Assembly (NCBI GenBank): GCA_964418245.1
Contig: CAYQKW010000001.1
Location: forward strand, 1,101-65,100
DNA length: 64,000 nt
Direction: 5' to 3'
Source: an uncultured Oscillospiraceae bacterium
GTDB lineage: Bacteria; Bacillota; Clostridia; RUG12999
Position 1 is the stretch's first letter; every line of letters begins with the position of its first letter. The notes under the pieces were generated by a model. That model did no database searches and was not told where the DNA came from. It saw nothing but the letters and a program-made list of their open reading frames with translations. This document shows, piece by piece, positions 7,988 to 16,118 of this stretch. The position numbers and the translations under genes were made by a program.

Positions 7988-8794
7988 ATGGTATCAGAAT
8001 ACGAAATCAAAAAAGAAATCTGTGAAATCGGAAAAAGAATTTACAACAGAGGCATGGTTGCCGCAAACGACGGTAATATTTCCGTTAAATTGAACGACAA
8101 TGAATTTCTTTGCACACCTACGGGCGTAAGTAAAGGTTTCATGACACCCGATTATATTTGTAAAGTTGATAAAGACGGAAACGTTTTGCAGGCAAACGGA
8201 AACTTCAAACCGTCATCGGAAATAAAAATGCACATGAGAGTATATGCTCAAAGACCTGACGTTAATTCGGTTGTTCATGCTCATCCTACATATGCAACAA
8301 GCTTTGCAATCGCAGGTATTCCGCTCACACAGCCCATAATGCCCGAAGCGGTTATAGCACTCGGATGCGTACCTATAGCAGAATACGGCACACCGTCAAC
8401 AATGGAAATTCCGGATGCTGTTGAAAAATATCTCCAGCATTACGATGCGGTTCTTCTTGAAAACCACGGAGCACTTGCATATTCGGATTCACTTCTTGCG
8501 GCTTATCATAAAATGGAATCGCTTGAATTTTATGCTGAACTTCTGTTCAAATCAAGACTTCTCGGCGGTCCGAAAGAACTTTCGCAGAGCCAGGTTGAAA
8601 GACTTTATGAAATCAGACGTCAGTTCGGTATGACGGGTAAACATCCGGCAGATTTATGTCCGAATGCAAAAGAAGGCAAAAAGAGCTGTCACAGCTGCGG
8701 AGCTTGCGGAAGCAAAAAAGCCGAAACATCGGCAGCAGATGAAGATGTAATCGCTGCTATTACCAAAAAGGTAATGGAACAGCTCGGCAAATAA
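7988..8794 (+). CDS. Class II aldolase (fuculose-/rhamnulose-1-phosphate aldolase-like) with Cys-rich linker and C-terminal encapsulation-peptide-like helix
   Basis: Zn ligand pattern HAHP...ENHG and the SSEIKMH acid/base Glu. An extra ~55 aa tail contains C224-x9-C-x2-C-x2-C240 and the amphipathic EDVIAAITKKVMEQL. Confidence 0.9.
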   Translation: MVSEYEIKKEICEIGKRIYNRGMVAANDGNISVKLNDNEFLCTPTGVSKGFMTPDYICKVDKDGNVLQANGNFKPSSEIKMHMRVYAQRPDVNSVVHAHPTYATSFAIAGIPLTQPIMPEAVIALGCVPIAEYGTPSTMEIPDAVEKYLQHYDAVLLENHGALAYSDSLLAAYHKMESLEFYAELLFKSRLLGGPKELSQSQVERLYEIRRQFGMTGKHPADLCPNAKEGKKSCHSCGACGSKKAETSAADEDVIAAITKKVMEQLGK

Positions 8795-8796
8795 TC

Positions 8797-9276
8797 ATGA
8801 ACAAAAAAGATATAAGCAGTATTGTATCTGAAATTGTAAACAGTCTTGATACAAAAATGACACTTGCACTTGCCGAAAGAATTTCGGCGCGTGTAGAGGC
8901 AAAGGCGGCGGAAATCGGTGTTAATGCCGTTGTTGCAATTGCCGATGCCGGGGCGAATATTGTGCTTATGCACGCAATGGACGAGGCGTTTATCGCAAGC
9001 CGTGACATAGCCCTTAATAAGGCATATACCGTAGTTGCTTTGAAAATGTCAACCGCAAAGCTGAAAACTTTAAGTCAGCCGGGCGAAGAACTTTACGGAA
9101 TACAGTTCACAAACGGCGGCAGAATAGTGATTTTCGGCGGCGGTGACCCACTTGAAGCAAACGGAAAGGTAATAGGCGGAATAGGTGTTTCGGGCGGCAC
9201 GGAAGCGGAGGATACGTTCTTAAGCGATTTCGGAAGAAAAGTCTTTGAGGAGGAAATATCGTGTCCGATGAAATAA
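8797..9276 (+). CDS. GlcG/DUF336 (PduO C-terminal domain-like, haem-binding family) with N-terminal encapsulation-peptide-like helix
   Basis: ALNKAYTVVALKMST...GGIGVSGGTEAEDT family pattern. N-terminus DISSIVSEIVNSLD. Confidence 0.8.
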   Translation: MNKKDISSIVSEIVNSLDTKMTLALAERISARVEAKAAEIGVNAVVAIADAGANIVLMHAMDEAFIASRDIALNKAYTVVALKMSTAKLKTLSQPGEELYGIQFTNGGRIVIFGGGDPLEANGKVIGGIGVSGGTEAEDTFLSDFGRKVFEEEISCPMK

Positions 9277-9599
9277 AAGTGTTTTTATCTGCCGATGAAA
9301 CAGACCTTAAAGAACCGTGTAAAGCGGTTATTGCAAGCAAAGAAGCATATCCTGAAGTGCTTTACCGATTGGTTCGGCTCGGCGGATATGTTATGAGTGA
9401 AAAAGAATATTGCTTATTTGAAGAAAAAAATATCAAAACCAAAAATTTAAGTGCGGCACTTTTTGCCGTTGGTGCAAAAACCTGCATGGAACATAAATTT
9501 TTGATATATACGGTAAAGAATGTAAAACGGATTACGCCGGAGGAAAAGAGCGTTCCTTTTGTGTATGTAATCCCGGCAATAAAGGAGGTTTTGGAATGA
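9261..9599 (+). CDS. Hypothetical protein (112 aa) embedded in the BMC operon
   Basis: GTG start 7 nt after a GAGGAGG RBS. Overlaps both neighbours (16 nt upstream, ATGA downstream), so it is translationally coupled. I recognise no family. Confidence 0.6.
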   Translation: MSDEIKVFLSADETDLKEPCKAVIASKEAYPEVLYRLVRLGGYVMSEKEYCLFEEKNIKTKNLSAALFAVGAKTCMEHKFLIYTVKNVKRITPEEKSVPFVYVIPAIKEVLE

Positions 9600-10786
9600 A
9601 CTTAAGTTCAGACAAAATAGAAGAAATCGTAAAACAGGTATTGACCGAAATGGGCGGCACAGCCGCACCGGCATCGCGTGATATACCGAAAACAAGCCGC
9701 GTTGCCATGCTTACCGGGCTTGAAAATTACGAAATAAAAGAATTTCCGATTCCCGAAATCGGCGATGATGATATTCTTGTTAAAGTTGAAGGCTGCGGTG
9801 TATGCGGTACGGATGCTCATGAATTTAAAAGAGACCCGTTCGGGCTTATCCCTGTTGTACTCGGTCATGAGGGTACCGGCGAGATAGTTAAAATGGGTAA
9901 AAACGTTAAAAAAGACAGTGCCGGTAAACCGCTCGGTATAGGTGATAAAGTTGTTACCTGCATGATATTTAAAGATAACCCGGATATTACAATGTTCGAT
10001 TTAAACAAACAAAACGTTGGCGGTGCCGATGTATACGGACTTTTACCCGATGACGATATTCATCTTAACGGATGGTTTGCGGATTATCTTGTTATACGAA
10101 AAGGTTCGACAGTGTTTAATGTAAGTGATTTAAGCCTTGATATGCGTATACTCATAGAACCGTGCGCAGTGCTTATTCACGCTGTTGAAAGAGCAAAATC
10201 GACAGGTATTTTAAGATTTAATTCACGTGTTGCCGTTCAGGGATGCGGACCTATAGGTCTTATTTGTATTGCTGTTCTGCGTACAATGGGGATTGAAAAT
10301 ATCGTAGCCGTTGACGGTGAGGACAAACGTCTTGCGTTTGCCAAAGAAATGGGTGCGGAAAAATCCGTAAACTTCAAAGAACATAAAGGTATAGATGCGC
10401 TTGCAAAAGCTGTTGAAGACGCATTCGGCGGTTATCCGGCGGATTTTGCGTTCCAGTGTACGGGGTCACCGGTCGCACACAGCAATATATATAAATTCAT
10501 AAGAAACGGCGGCGGTTTATGTGAACTCGGATTCTTCATAAACGGCGGCGATGCAACAATTAATCCGCATTTTGACCTTTGTTCAAAAGAAATTACACTT
10601 GTCGGCTCATGGGTATATACATTAAGAGATTACGCAACAACGTTCGATTTCTTAAAACGTGCAAAAGCTATCGGTCTTCCGATGGAAAAGCTTATAACGC
10701 ACAAATTCCCACTCAGTCAGATTAATGAAGCACACAAAACAAACCTTGCAATGCAAGGACTTAAAATAGCAATAATAAATGAATAA
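9596..10786 (+). CDS. Zn-dependent medium-chain alcohol dehydrogenase with N-terminal encapsulation-peptide-like extension
   Basis: GCGVCGTDAHEF and VLGHEGTGEIV Zn-ADH motifs; GCGPIGL Rossmann motif. About 35 aa N-terminal extension SDKIEEIVKQVLTEMGG followed by a Pro/Ala linker. Confidence 0.9.
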   Translation: MNLSSDKIEEIVKQVLTEMGGTAAPASRDIPKTSRVAMLTGLENYEIKEFPIPEIGDDDILVKVEGCGVCGTDAHEFKRDPFGLIPVVLGHEGTGEIVKMGKNVKKDSAGKPLGIGDKVVTCMIFKDNPDITMFDLNKQNVGGADVYGLLPDDDIHLNGWFADYLVIRKGSTVFNVSDLSLDMRILIEPCAVLIHAVERAKSTGILRFNSRVAVQGCGPIGLICIAVLRTMGIENIVAVDGEDKRLAFAKEMGAEKSVNFKEHKGIDALAKAVEDAFGGYPADFAFQCTGSPVAHSNIYKFIRNGGGLCELGFFINGGDATINPHFDLCSKEITLVGSWVYTLRDYATTFDFLKRAKAIGLPMEKLITHKFPLSQINEAHKTNLAMQGLKIAIINE

Positions 10787-10802
10787 TCAGGAGGAATAGA
10801 AA

Positions 10803-11081
10803 ATGGCACAGGAAGCACTCGGAATGATAGAAACAAGAGGTTTGGTTGCGGCAATAGAAGCAGCCGATGCAATGGTTAAAGCAGCAGAGGTAACACTCAT
10901 AGGAACAGAGAAAATAGGTTCGGGTCTCGTATCCGTTATGGTAAGAGGTGACGTAGGCGCGGTTAAAGCAGCAACGGAAGCGGGAAGCGCAAGCGCTCAG
11001 AGACTCGGAGAACTTATTGCGGTACACGTAATTCCCCGTCCTCACGGTGATGTTGAAAAAATTCTGCCGACACTTAAATAA
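10803..11081 (+). CDS. BMC-H hexameric shell protein (PduA/EutM-like), copy 1
   Basis: [28 protein letters not shown]... is a canonical Pfam00936-type sequence. AGGAGG RBS. Confidence 0.95.
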   Translation: MAQEALGMIETRGLVAAIEAADAMVKAAEVTLIGTEKIGSGLVSVMVRGDVGAVKAATEAGSASAQRLGELIAVHVIPRPHGDVEKILPTLK

Positions 11082-11096
11082 TCGGAGGAAGTAAAA

Positions 11097-11447
11097 ATGG
11101 CTGAAGCAAAAAAAGGCAAAAAGCCTATAATAAAAGAAGAAACAAAAATTATTAAGGAGGAAATAAAAATGGCACAGGAAGCACTCGGAATGATAGAAAC
11201 AAGAGGTTTGGTTGCGGCAATAGAAGCAGCCGATGCAATGGTTAAAGCGGCAAACGTAGTATTGATAGGAACAGAGAAAATAGGTTCGGGTCTCGTATCC
11301 GTTATGGTGAGAGGTGACGTCGGTGCGGTTAAATCCGCAACGGAAGCGGGTCAGGCCGCCGCACAAAGACTCGGTGAAATAATTGCGGTACACGTAATTC
11401 CCCGTCCTCACGGCGATGTTGAAAAAATTCTGCCGACACTTAAATAA
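11097..11447 (+). CDS. BMC-H shell protein, copy 2, with optional 24-aa Lys-rich N-terminal extension (second in-frame start at 11169)
   Basis: GGAGG + 8 nt + ATG at 11097, and AAGGAGG + 8 nt + ATG at 11169. The region from 11169 on is a 92-aa BMC-H. Confidence 0.9.
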   Translation: MAEAKKGKKPIIKEETKIIKEEIKMAQEALGMIETRGLVAAIEAADAMVKAANVVLIGTEKIGSGLVSVMVRGDVGAVKSATEAGQAAAQRLGEIIAVHVIPRPHGDVEKILPTLK

Positions 11448-11467
11448 TTTATAACGGTTGTGAGAAT

Positions 11468-11734
11468 ATGATAATCGGTAAGGTTGTGGGAAGTCTTGTT
11501 TCCACAAGAAAAAACGAAAAATTAATCGGCAATAAATTTCTTATAGTACAGCCGGCAAAGTCAATGTCCGACGGAAAAAATCTTGTCGCAACAGATGATG
11601 TCGGTGCCGGAATAGGCGAGATTGTTCTTGTTGCCACGGGCAGTGCGGCAAGAGTTGGGTGCGGCGCACCCGATTCGCCTATCGACGCGGCTATAGTCGG
11701 AATTGTTGACGATGGCGCGGATTTGGAGATATAA
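11468..11734 (+). CDS. pduN: BMC-P pentameric vertex protein (EutN/PduN/CcmL family)
   Basis: MIIGKVVGSLVSTRKNEKLIGNKFLIVQP...IVGIVD matches the EutN pattern. Confidence 0.9.
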   Translation: MIIGKVVGSLVSTRKNEKLIGNKFLIVQPAKSMSDGKNLVATDDVGAGIGEIVLVATGSAARVGCGAPDSPIDAAIVGIVDDGADLEI

Positions 11735-11737
11735 GTT

Positions 11738-13081
11738 ATGCAGATTAATGAGTTAAAACAATTGTTAAGAGAAAACGGAATCGTAGGAGCGGGCGGCGCA
11801 GGCTTCCCGTCCTACGCTAAACTTGATTTAAGGGCAAATACGGTTATTCTCAATTGTGCCGAATGTGAACCGCTGTTAAAACTGCACAGACAAATGCTTG
11901 AAAAATATGCTTATGAAATAGTAAGTACACTTGCGGTTATAGCCGATGCGGTTGAAGCGGATGAGTTTGTAATTGCCGTTAAAGGCAGTTACAAGGGTGC
12001 GGTTTCGGCGGTGAAAAATGTAATCGGCGAGTTCAAAAAAGGACGTATCGGGATTTTGCCGGAAATGTATCCGGCAGGTGATGAGGTTGTTACGATATAT
12101 GAAACCACCGGCAGAGTTGTTCCGCCGGGTAATCTGCCGATTTCCGTCGGCTGTATAGTGTATAATGTTGAAACGGTATATAATATGTATTGTGCAATAA
12201 ATTCAAAATTGCCCGTAACGCATAAATACGTTACGGTAGCCGGCGAGGTTAAAGAACCGAAAACAATAAAAGCTCCGCTCGGAACAAGCTTCAAAACGCT
12301 TATTGATATGTGCGGAGGAGTTACGGCAGAAAACATACGTATAATCAGCGGCGGTCCTATGACGGGTAATCTTGCCGATGAATACGGTGTTGTTACAAAA
12401 ACCACAAACGGTATACTTGTAATGTCCGAAAATCATGAGATTGTTTTGAAACGTCTTGCAAATGTCGGACTTGAAATTAAACGTGCAATGAGTGTTTGCT
12501 GTCAGTGCCGTGCCTGTACGGAACTGTGTTCGAGAAACTTGCTTGGGCAACCCATTGAACCGCATAAATTTATGCGCGCACTTTCAAGAAATGTTATAAC
12601 AGACCCGCAGGATATGATTAATACAATGTATTGTTCAAGTTGCGGAATATGCGAAATGTATGCTTGTCCGCAGGGACTTAATCCGCGTTCGCTGATTGCG
12701 GAATATAAAGCCGGATTACGTAAAAACGGAATAAAACCGACAGCACTCGAAGAATTTGACGAGGTACGCGACGACAGAGAATATCGTCTTGTGCCAATGC
12801 ACAGGCTTAAGGAACGCCTTGACCTTATAAAATACGATATTAACGCTCCGATAACGGATGAAATACCGAATGAAAAACGAATTAAAATTATGCTTTCTCA
12901 GCATATAGGCGCACCGGCGAAACCGGTTGTTAAAACGGGTGATAAGGTTGTTGCCGCTCAGGTGATTGCAAAAACAGATGATTCGGCACTGGGCGTGAAT
13001 ATTCATGTACCGGAGAACGGAATTGTTGAGGAGATAACAGATAGATTTATTATAATAGCGGTCGGCGCCGGAAAGGAATGA
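11738..13081 (+). CDS. pduS: PduS-like / RnfC-like flavin Fe-S oxidoreductase
   Basis: GAGGAGFPSYAKL nucleotide motif and NCAECEPLL. Two ferredoxin-type clusters: CCQCRACTELC and CSSCGICEMYAC. Confidence 0.85.
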   Translation: MQINELKQLLRENGIVGAGGAGFPSYAKLDLRANTVILNCAECEPLLKLHRQMLEKYAYEIVSTLAVIADAVEADEFVIAVKGSYKGAVSAVKNVIGEFKKGRIGILPEMYPAGDEVVTIYETTGRVVPPGNLPISVGCIVYNVETVYNMYCAINSKLPVTHKYVTVAGEVKEPKTIKAPLGTSFKTLIDMCGGVTAENIRIISGGPMTGNLADEYGVVTKTTNGILVMSENHEIVLKRLANVGLEIKRAMSVCCQCRACTELCSRNLLGQPIEPHKFMRALSRNVITDPQDMINTMYCSSCGICEMYACPQGLNPRSLIAEYKAGLRKNGIKPTALEEFDEVRDDREYRLVPMHRLKERLDLIKYDINAPITDEIPNEKRIKIMLSQHIGAPAKPVVKTGDKVVAAQVIAKTDDSALGVNIHVPENGIVEEITDRFIIIAVGAGKE

Positions 13082-13088
13082 AACAAAG

Positions 13089-13637
13089 ATGGCAAATGCA
13101 ATAGGTATGGTTGAATATGTAACGGTATCAATCGGTGTTCAGGCGGCTGATATAATGGTTAAAACGTCTGAGGTTGATATACTTGAAGCAAAGGTCGTTT
13201 GTCCGGGTAAATACATAGTTATAATAAGCGGAGATTTAAGTGCCGTTAATGCGGCGGTTGAAGCTTCTAAGGTGAAATTCCCGAAGAAACTTATAGACAG
13301 TTTTGTACTCGGCAATCCGCATGAGTCCATTTATCCGGCAATGTACGGCACAAGCGTTGTTGAAGACGTGAATGCACTCGGTGTGATAGAAACATTTTCG
13401 GCGGCATCGGCGATAGTTGCGGCAGATGTATGTGCAAAAACATCAATAGTAGACCTTATAGAACTCCGTCTTGCTCACGGTATGTGCGGCAAGTCGTATG
13501 TGATGATAACCGGTGAAGTTGCCGCTGTTCAGGCTGCAATCGAAAAAGCAAAAGCCGGTACGGGCGACAAGGGTATGCTGCTTGACAGTGCCGTTATACC
13601 GCGTCCGGACAAAAAACTTATAAAAAGTATTATTTAA
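13089..13637 (+). CDS. pduT: BMC-T tandem-domain shell protein, PduT-like
   Basis: Two BMC domains in 182 aa. Cys38 (VVCPGKY) sits where PduT ligates the pore [4Fe-4S] cluster (from memory). Confidence 0.85.
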   Translation: MANAIGMVEYVTVSIGVQAADIMVKTSEVDILEAKVVCPGKYIVIISGDLSAVNAAVEASKVKFPKKLIDSFVLGNPHESIYPAMYGTSVVEDVNALGVIETFSAASAIVAADVCAKTSIVDLIELRLAHGMCGKSYVMITGEVAAVQAAIEKAKAGTGDKGMLLDSAVIPRPDKKLIKSII

Positions 13638-13687
13638 CCTGAATATCGGCGGTAATTTTGCCGGTATATTTGAAAGAGGTGTTAAAC

Positions 13688-15073
13688 TTGGCAATAGATG
13701 AAGAAAGAATAAGCAAAATTGTGGAGCAGGTTGTGAAAAGCATGAAATCCGCTCCAAAGAAACAGCTTGGCGTGTTCGATAATATGACGGACGCACTTGA
13801 AGCCGTGAATGCGGCTTACAAAACATTTCGCAGTTACACAATAGAACAGCGCGAAAAAATGATTTCAAAAATACGTGAATTTACACTTGAAGAAGCTGAA
13901 AATCTCGCTCGTCTCGGAGTTGAAGAAACGGGAATGGGAAGAGTTGAAGATAAAGTTATAAAACATCAGTTGGTTGCAAACAAAACGCCTGGTACGGAAG
14001 ATTTGAAAACAAGTGCGTTCAGCGGCGATGCCGGACTTACTCTTATAGAACAAGCACCGTTCGGTGTAATCGGAAGCATAACGCCGTCCACAAATCCGAG
14101 CGAAACAGTAATTTGTAATTCAATCGGTATGATAGCCGGAGGAAACGCGGTTGTGTTTAATCCGCATCCGAATGCAAAGAGAACGGCAAACTATGCGGTT
14201 GATTTGGTAAACCGTGCGATTTTGGAAGCCGGCGGTCCCGAAAATCTTGTTGTAACAGTTGAAAATCCAACAAAAGAATCTTCGGACGAAATGATGAAAG
14301 CTCCAATAGTTCGTATGCTTGTTGCAACGGGCGGTCCCGGAGTTGTTAAAGCACTGTTATCCTCCGGTAAAAAAGCAATCGGGGCTGGTGCAGGAAATCC
14401 GCCTGTTATCGTTGATGATACAGCAGATATTCAAAAAGCCGGAAAAGATATTGTTCTCGGCGCAAGTTTCGATAATAACCTGCCGTGTATAGCAGAGAAA
14501 GAATGTTTTGTTTTTGAAAATAAAGCAGATGAGCTTATCGAAGCTATGAAAGCAAACGGTGCATATTACATAAATGCGGAGCAGACCGAAAAACTTAAAA
14601 ATATAATTCTTAAAGAGAATAACGGTAAATGGTCAATCAATAAAGATTGGGTAGGCAAAGATGCACGTCTTTTCCTTAAAGCAATCGGAATTGATGCAGA
14701 CCCCCGTCTTGTAATCTGCGAAACAACAAACGAGCATCCGTTCGTTCAGACGGAAATGATGATGCCTGTACTTGCAATCGTTCGTGTTAATAATATTGAT
14801 GAAGCGGTTGAAAAAGCTGTTGCGGCAGAACACGGCAACAGACATTCGGCACATATCCATTCCAAAAACATAGATAACATAACAAAATTCGCAAAAGCTG
14901 TGGAAACAACGATTTTTGTTAAAAATGCTCCGTCGTATGCCGGTATAGGTGCGGGCGGCGAGGGATATACAACTTTCACAATTGCAGGTCCCACGGGCGA
15001 AGGACTGACGGCGGCACATTCGTTCACACGTCAGCGCCGCTGTGTTATGGTAGATGCAATGCATATTATTTAA
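13688..15073 (+). CDS. pduP: CoA-acylating aldehyde dehydrogenase (PduP/EutE-like) with N-terminal encapsulation-peptide-like helix
   Basis: ALDH core including NNLPCIAEKE (catalytic Cys). N-terminus AIDEERISKIVEQVVKSMKS. Preferred start is the TTG at 13688, 8 nt after a GAAAGAGG RBS; the track start is the TTG at 13658. Confidence 0.88.
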   Translation: MAIDEERISKIVEQVVKSMKSAPKKQLGVFDNMTDALEAVNAAYKTFRSYTIEQREKMISKIREFTLEEAENLARLGVEETGMGRVEDKVIKHQLVANKTPGTEDLKTSAFSGDAGLTLIEQAPFGVIGSITPSTNPSETVICNSIGMIAGGNAVVFNPHPNAKRTANYAVDLVNRAILEAGGPENLVVTVENPTKESSDEMMKAPIVRMLVATGGPGVVKALLSSGKKAIGAGAGNPPVIVDDTADIQKAGKDIVLGASFDNNLPCIAEKECFVFENKADELIEAMKANGAYYINAEQTEKLKNIILKENNGKWSINKDWVGKDARLFLKAIGIDADPRLVICETTNEHPFVQTEMMMPVLAIVRVNNIDEAVEKAVAAEHGNRHSAHIHSKNIDNITKFAKAVETTIFVKNAPSYAGIGAGGEGYTTFTIAGPTGEGLTAAHSFTRQRRCVMVDAMHII

Positions 15074-15088
15074 AGAGGAGTTAAAATT

Positions 15089-15730
15089 ATGAAAGCACTT
15101 GGCATGATAGAGGTTTACAGCTTTACAACGGCGGTATGCACGGCTGATGTATGTGCAAAAGCGGCAGATGTAAAAGTTATTGCCTTTGACAGGAACAGAC
15201 CGTTTGCACCGTCTGCTCCGGCTCCGCTTATAATGATTGTTAAAATAGAAGGCAGTGTTTCGGCGGTGCGCGCCGCGGTAGATGCCGGCGTGAATTATGC
15301 AAAATCGCTCAATAAATACATTGTATCCCATATAATAGCAAATCCCGGAGACGATGTTGATATAATGGCATATAAACTTGATATCAACAAGGATAAGTAT
15401 AATAAAAAATTACCAAAATCGTTTCTCAATGCAGAGTATGATGAGCAAAGCCCAAAGTCGATAGGACTTTTGGAAGTACAAGGGCTTGTTGCGTCGATAG
15501 AGGGTCTTGATTCGATGCTCAAAGCGGCGGAAGTGAGACTTGTACATACAGAAAAACGGCTCGGCGGAAGGCTTGTTACACTTGTTGTAACCGGGAATAT
15601 ATCCGCGGTAAAATCTGCGTTGGAAACCGGTAAAGAAAAGGCGGCGGCACTCGGAACGGTATACGGTTGTGAAGCAATACCCAATCTCCATAGTGAAGTT
15701 GCAAAGTTTTTTGACTTTGAAATTGAATAA
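15089..15730 (+). CDS. BMC-T tandem-domain shell protein (second type)
   Basis: Two BMC domains (MKALGMIEVYSF... and SIGLLEVQGLVASIEGLDSMLKAAEV...) joined by a Lys/Asn-rich linker. Confidence 0.85.
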   Translation: MKALGMIEVYSFTTAVCTADVCAKAADVKVIAFDRNRPFAPSAPAPLIMIVKIEGSVSAVRAAVDAGVNYAKSLNKYIVSHIIANPGDDVDIMAYKLDINKDKYNKKLPKSFLNAEYDEQSPKSIGLLEVQGLVASIEGLDSMLKAAEVRLVHTEKRLGGRLVTLVVTGNISAVKSALETGKEKAAALGTVYGCEAIPNLHSEVAKFFDFEIE

Positions 15731-15812
15731 CCGAATTGAGAATTACTCATATATGCGGCCGATTCCGCCGAAAACGCTGAATGACGGGGCTTTGCCCCAT
15801 TATTGAAAGAAA
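15723..15812 (+). repeat. Intergenic element copy A (three collinear blocks shared with 32007-32125)
   Basis: TTGAATAACCGAA (spans the stop codon) ... TGAATGACGGGGCT with GGGGC-ttt-GCCCC hairpin ... TATTGAAAgAAAGG (RBS). Confidence 0.5.
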
Positions 15813-15825
15813 GGATTGATTTTAA

Positions 15826-16104
15826 ATGGCACAGGAAGCACTCGGTATGATAGAAACAAGAGGTCTGGTTGCGGCAATAGAAGCGGCAGATGCAATGGTT
15901 AAAGCGGCAAATGTTGTATTGATAGGGACAGAAAAAATAGGTTCAGGTCTTGTATCTGTGATGATACGCGGCGATGTTGGTGCAGTGAAATCTGCCACGG
16001 AAGCAGGCAGAAACGCGGCCGAGAAACTCGGAGAAATAATTGCGGTACACGTAATTCCCCGTCCTCACGGCGATGTTGAAAAAATTCTTCCTACATTAAA
16101 ATAA
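15826..16104 (+). CDS. BMC-H hexameric shell protein, copy 3
   Basis: 92 aa and nearly identical to the copy-2 core. Differences are V46I in VMIRG and a few residues in the GRNAAEK segment. Confidence 0.95.
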   Translation: MAQEALGMIETRGLVAAIEAADAMVKAANVVLIGTEKIGSGLVSVMIRGDVGAVKSATEAGRNAAEKLGEIIAVHVIPRPHGDVEKILPTLK

Positions 16105-16118
16105 AAGGAGAATAAACA

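Noticed and set aside
10803-11447. Tandem near-identical segments that could be mistaken for a repeat array or CRISPR-like structure.
   Set aside because: They are two full-length BMC-H coding sequences. No short direct repeats with unique spacers exist anywhere in the window.
15778-15791. The 14-mer TGAATGACGGGGCT taken on its own as evidence of a repeat.
   Set aside because: By my estimate there are about 4e9 position pairs against 4^14 = 2.7e8 possible 14-mers, so about ten chance 14-mer matches are expected in 64 kb. Only the collinear three-block arrangement (reported as a finding) is meaningful.
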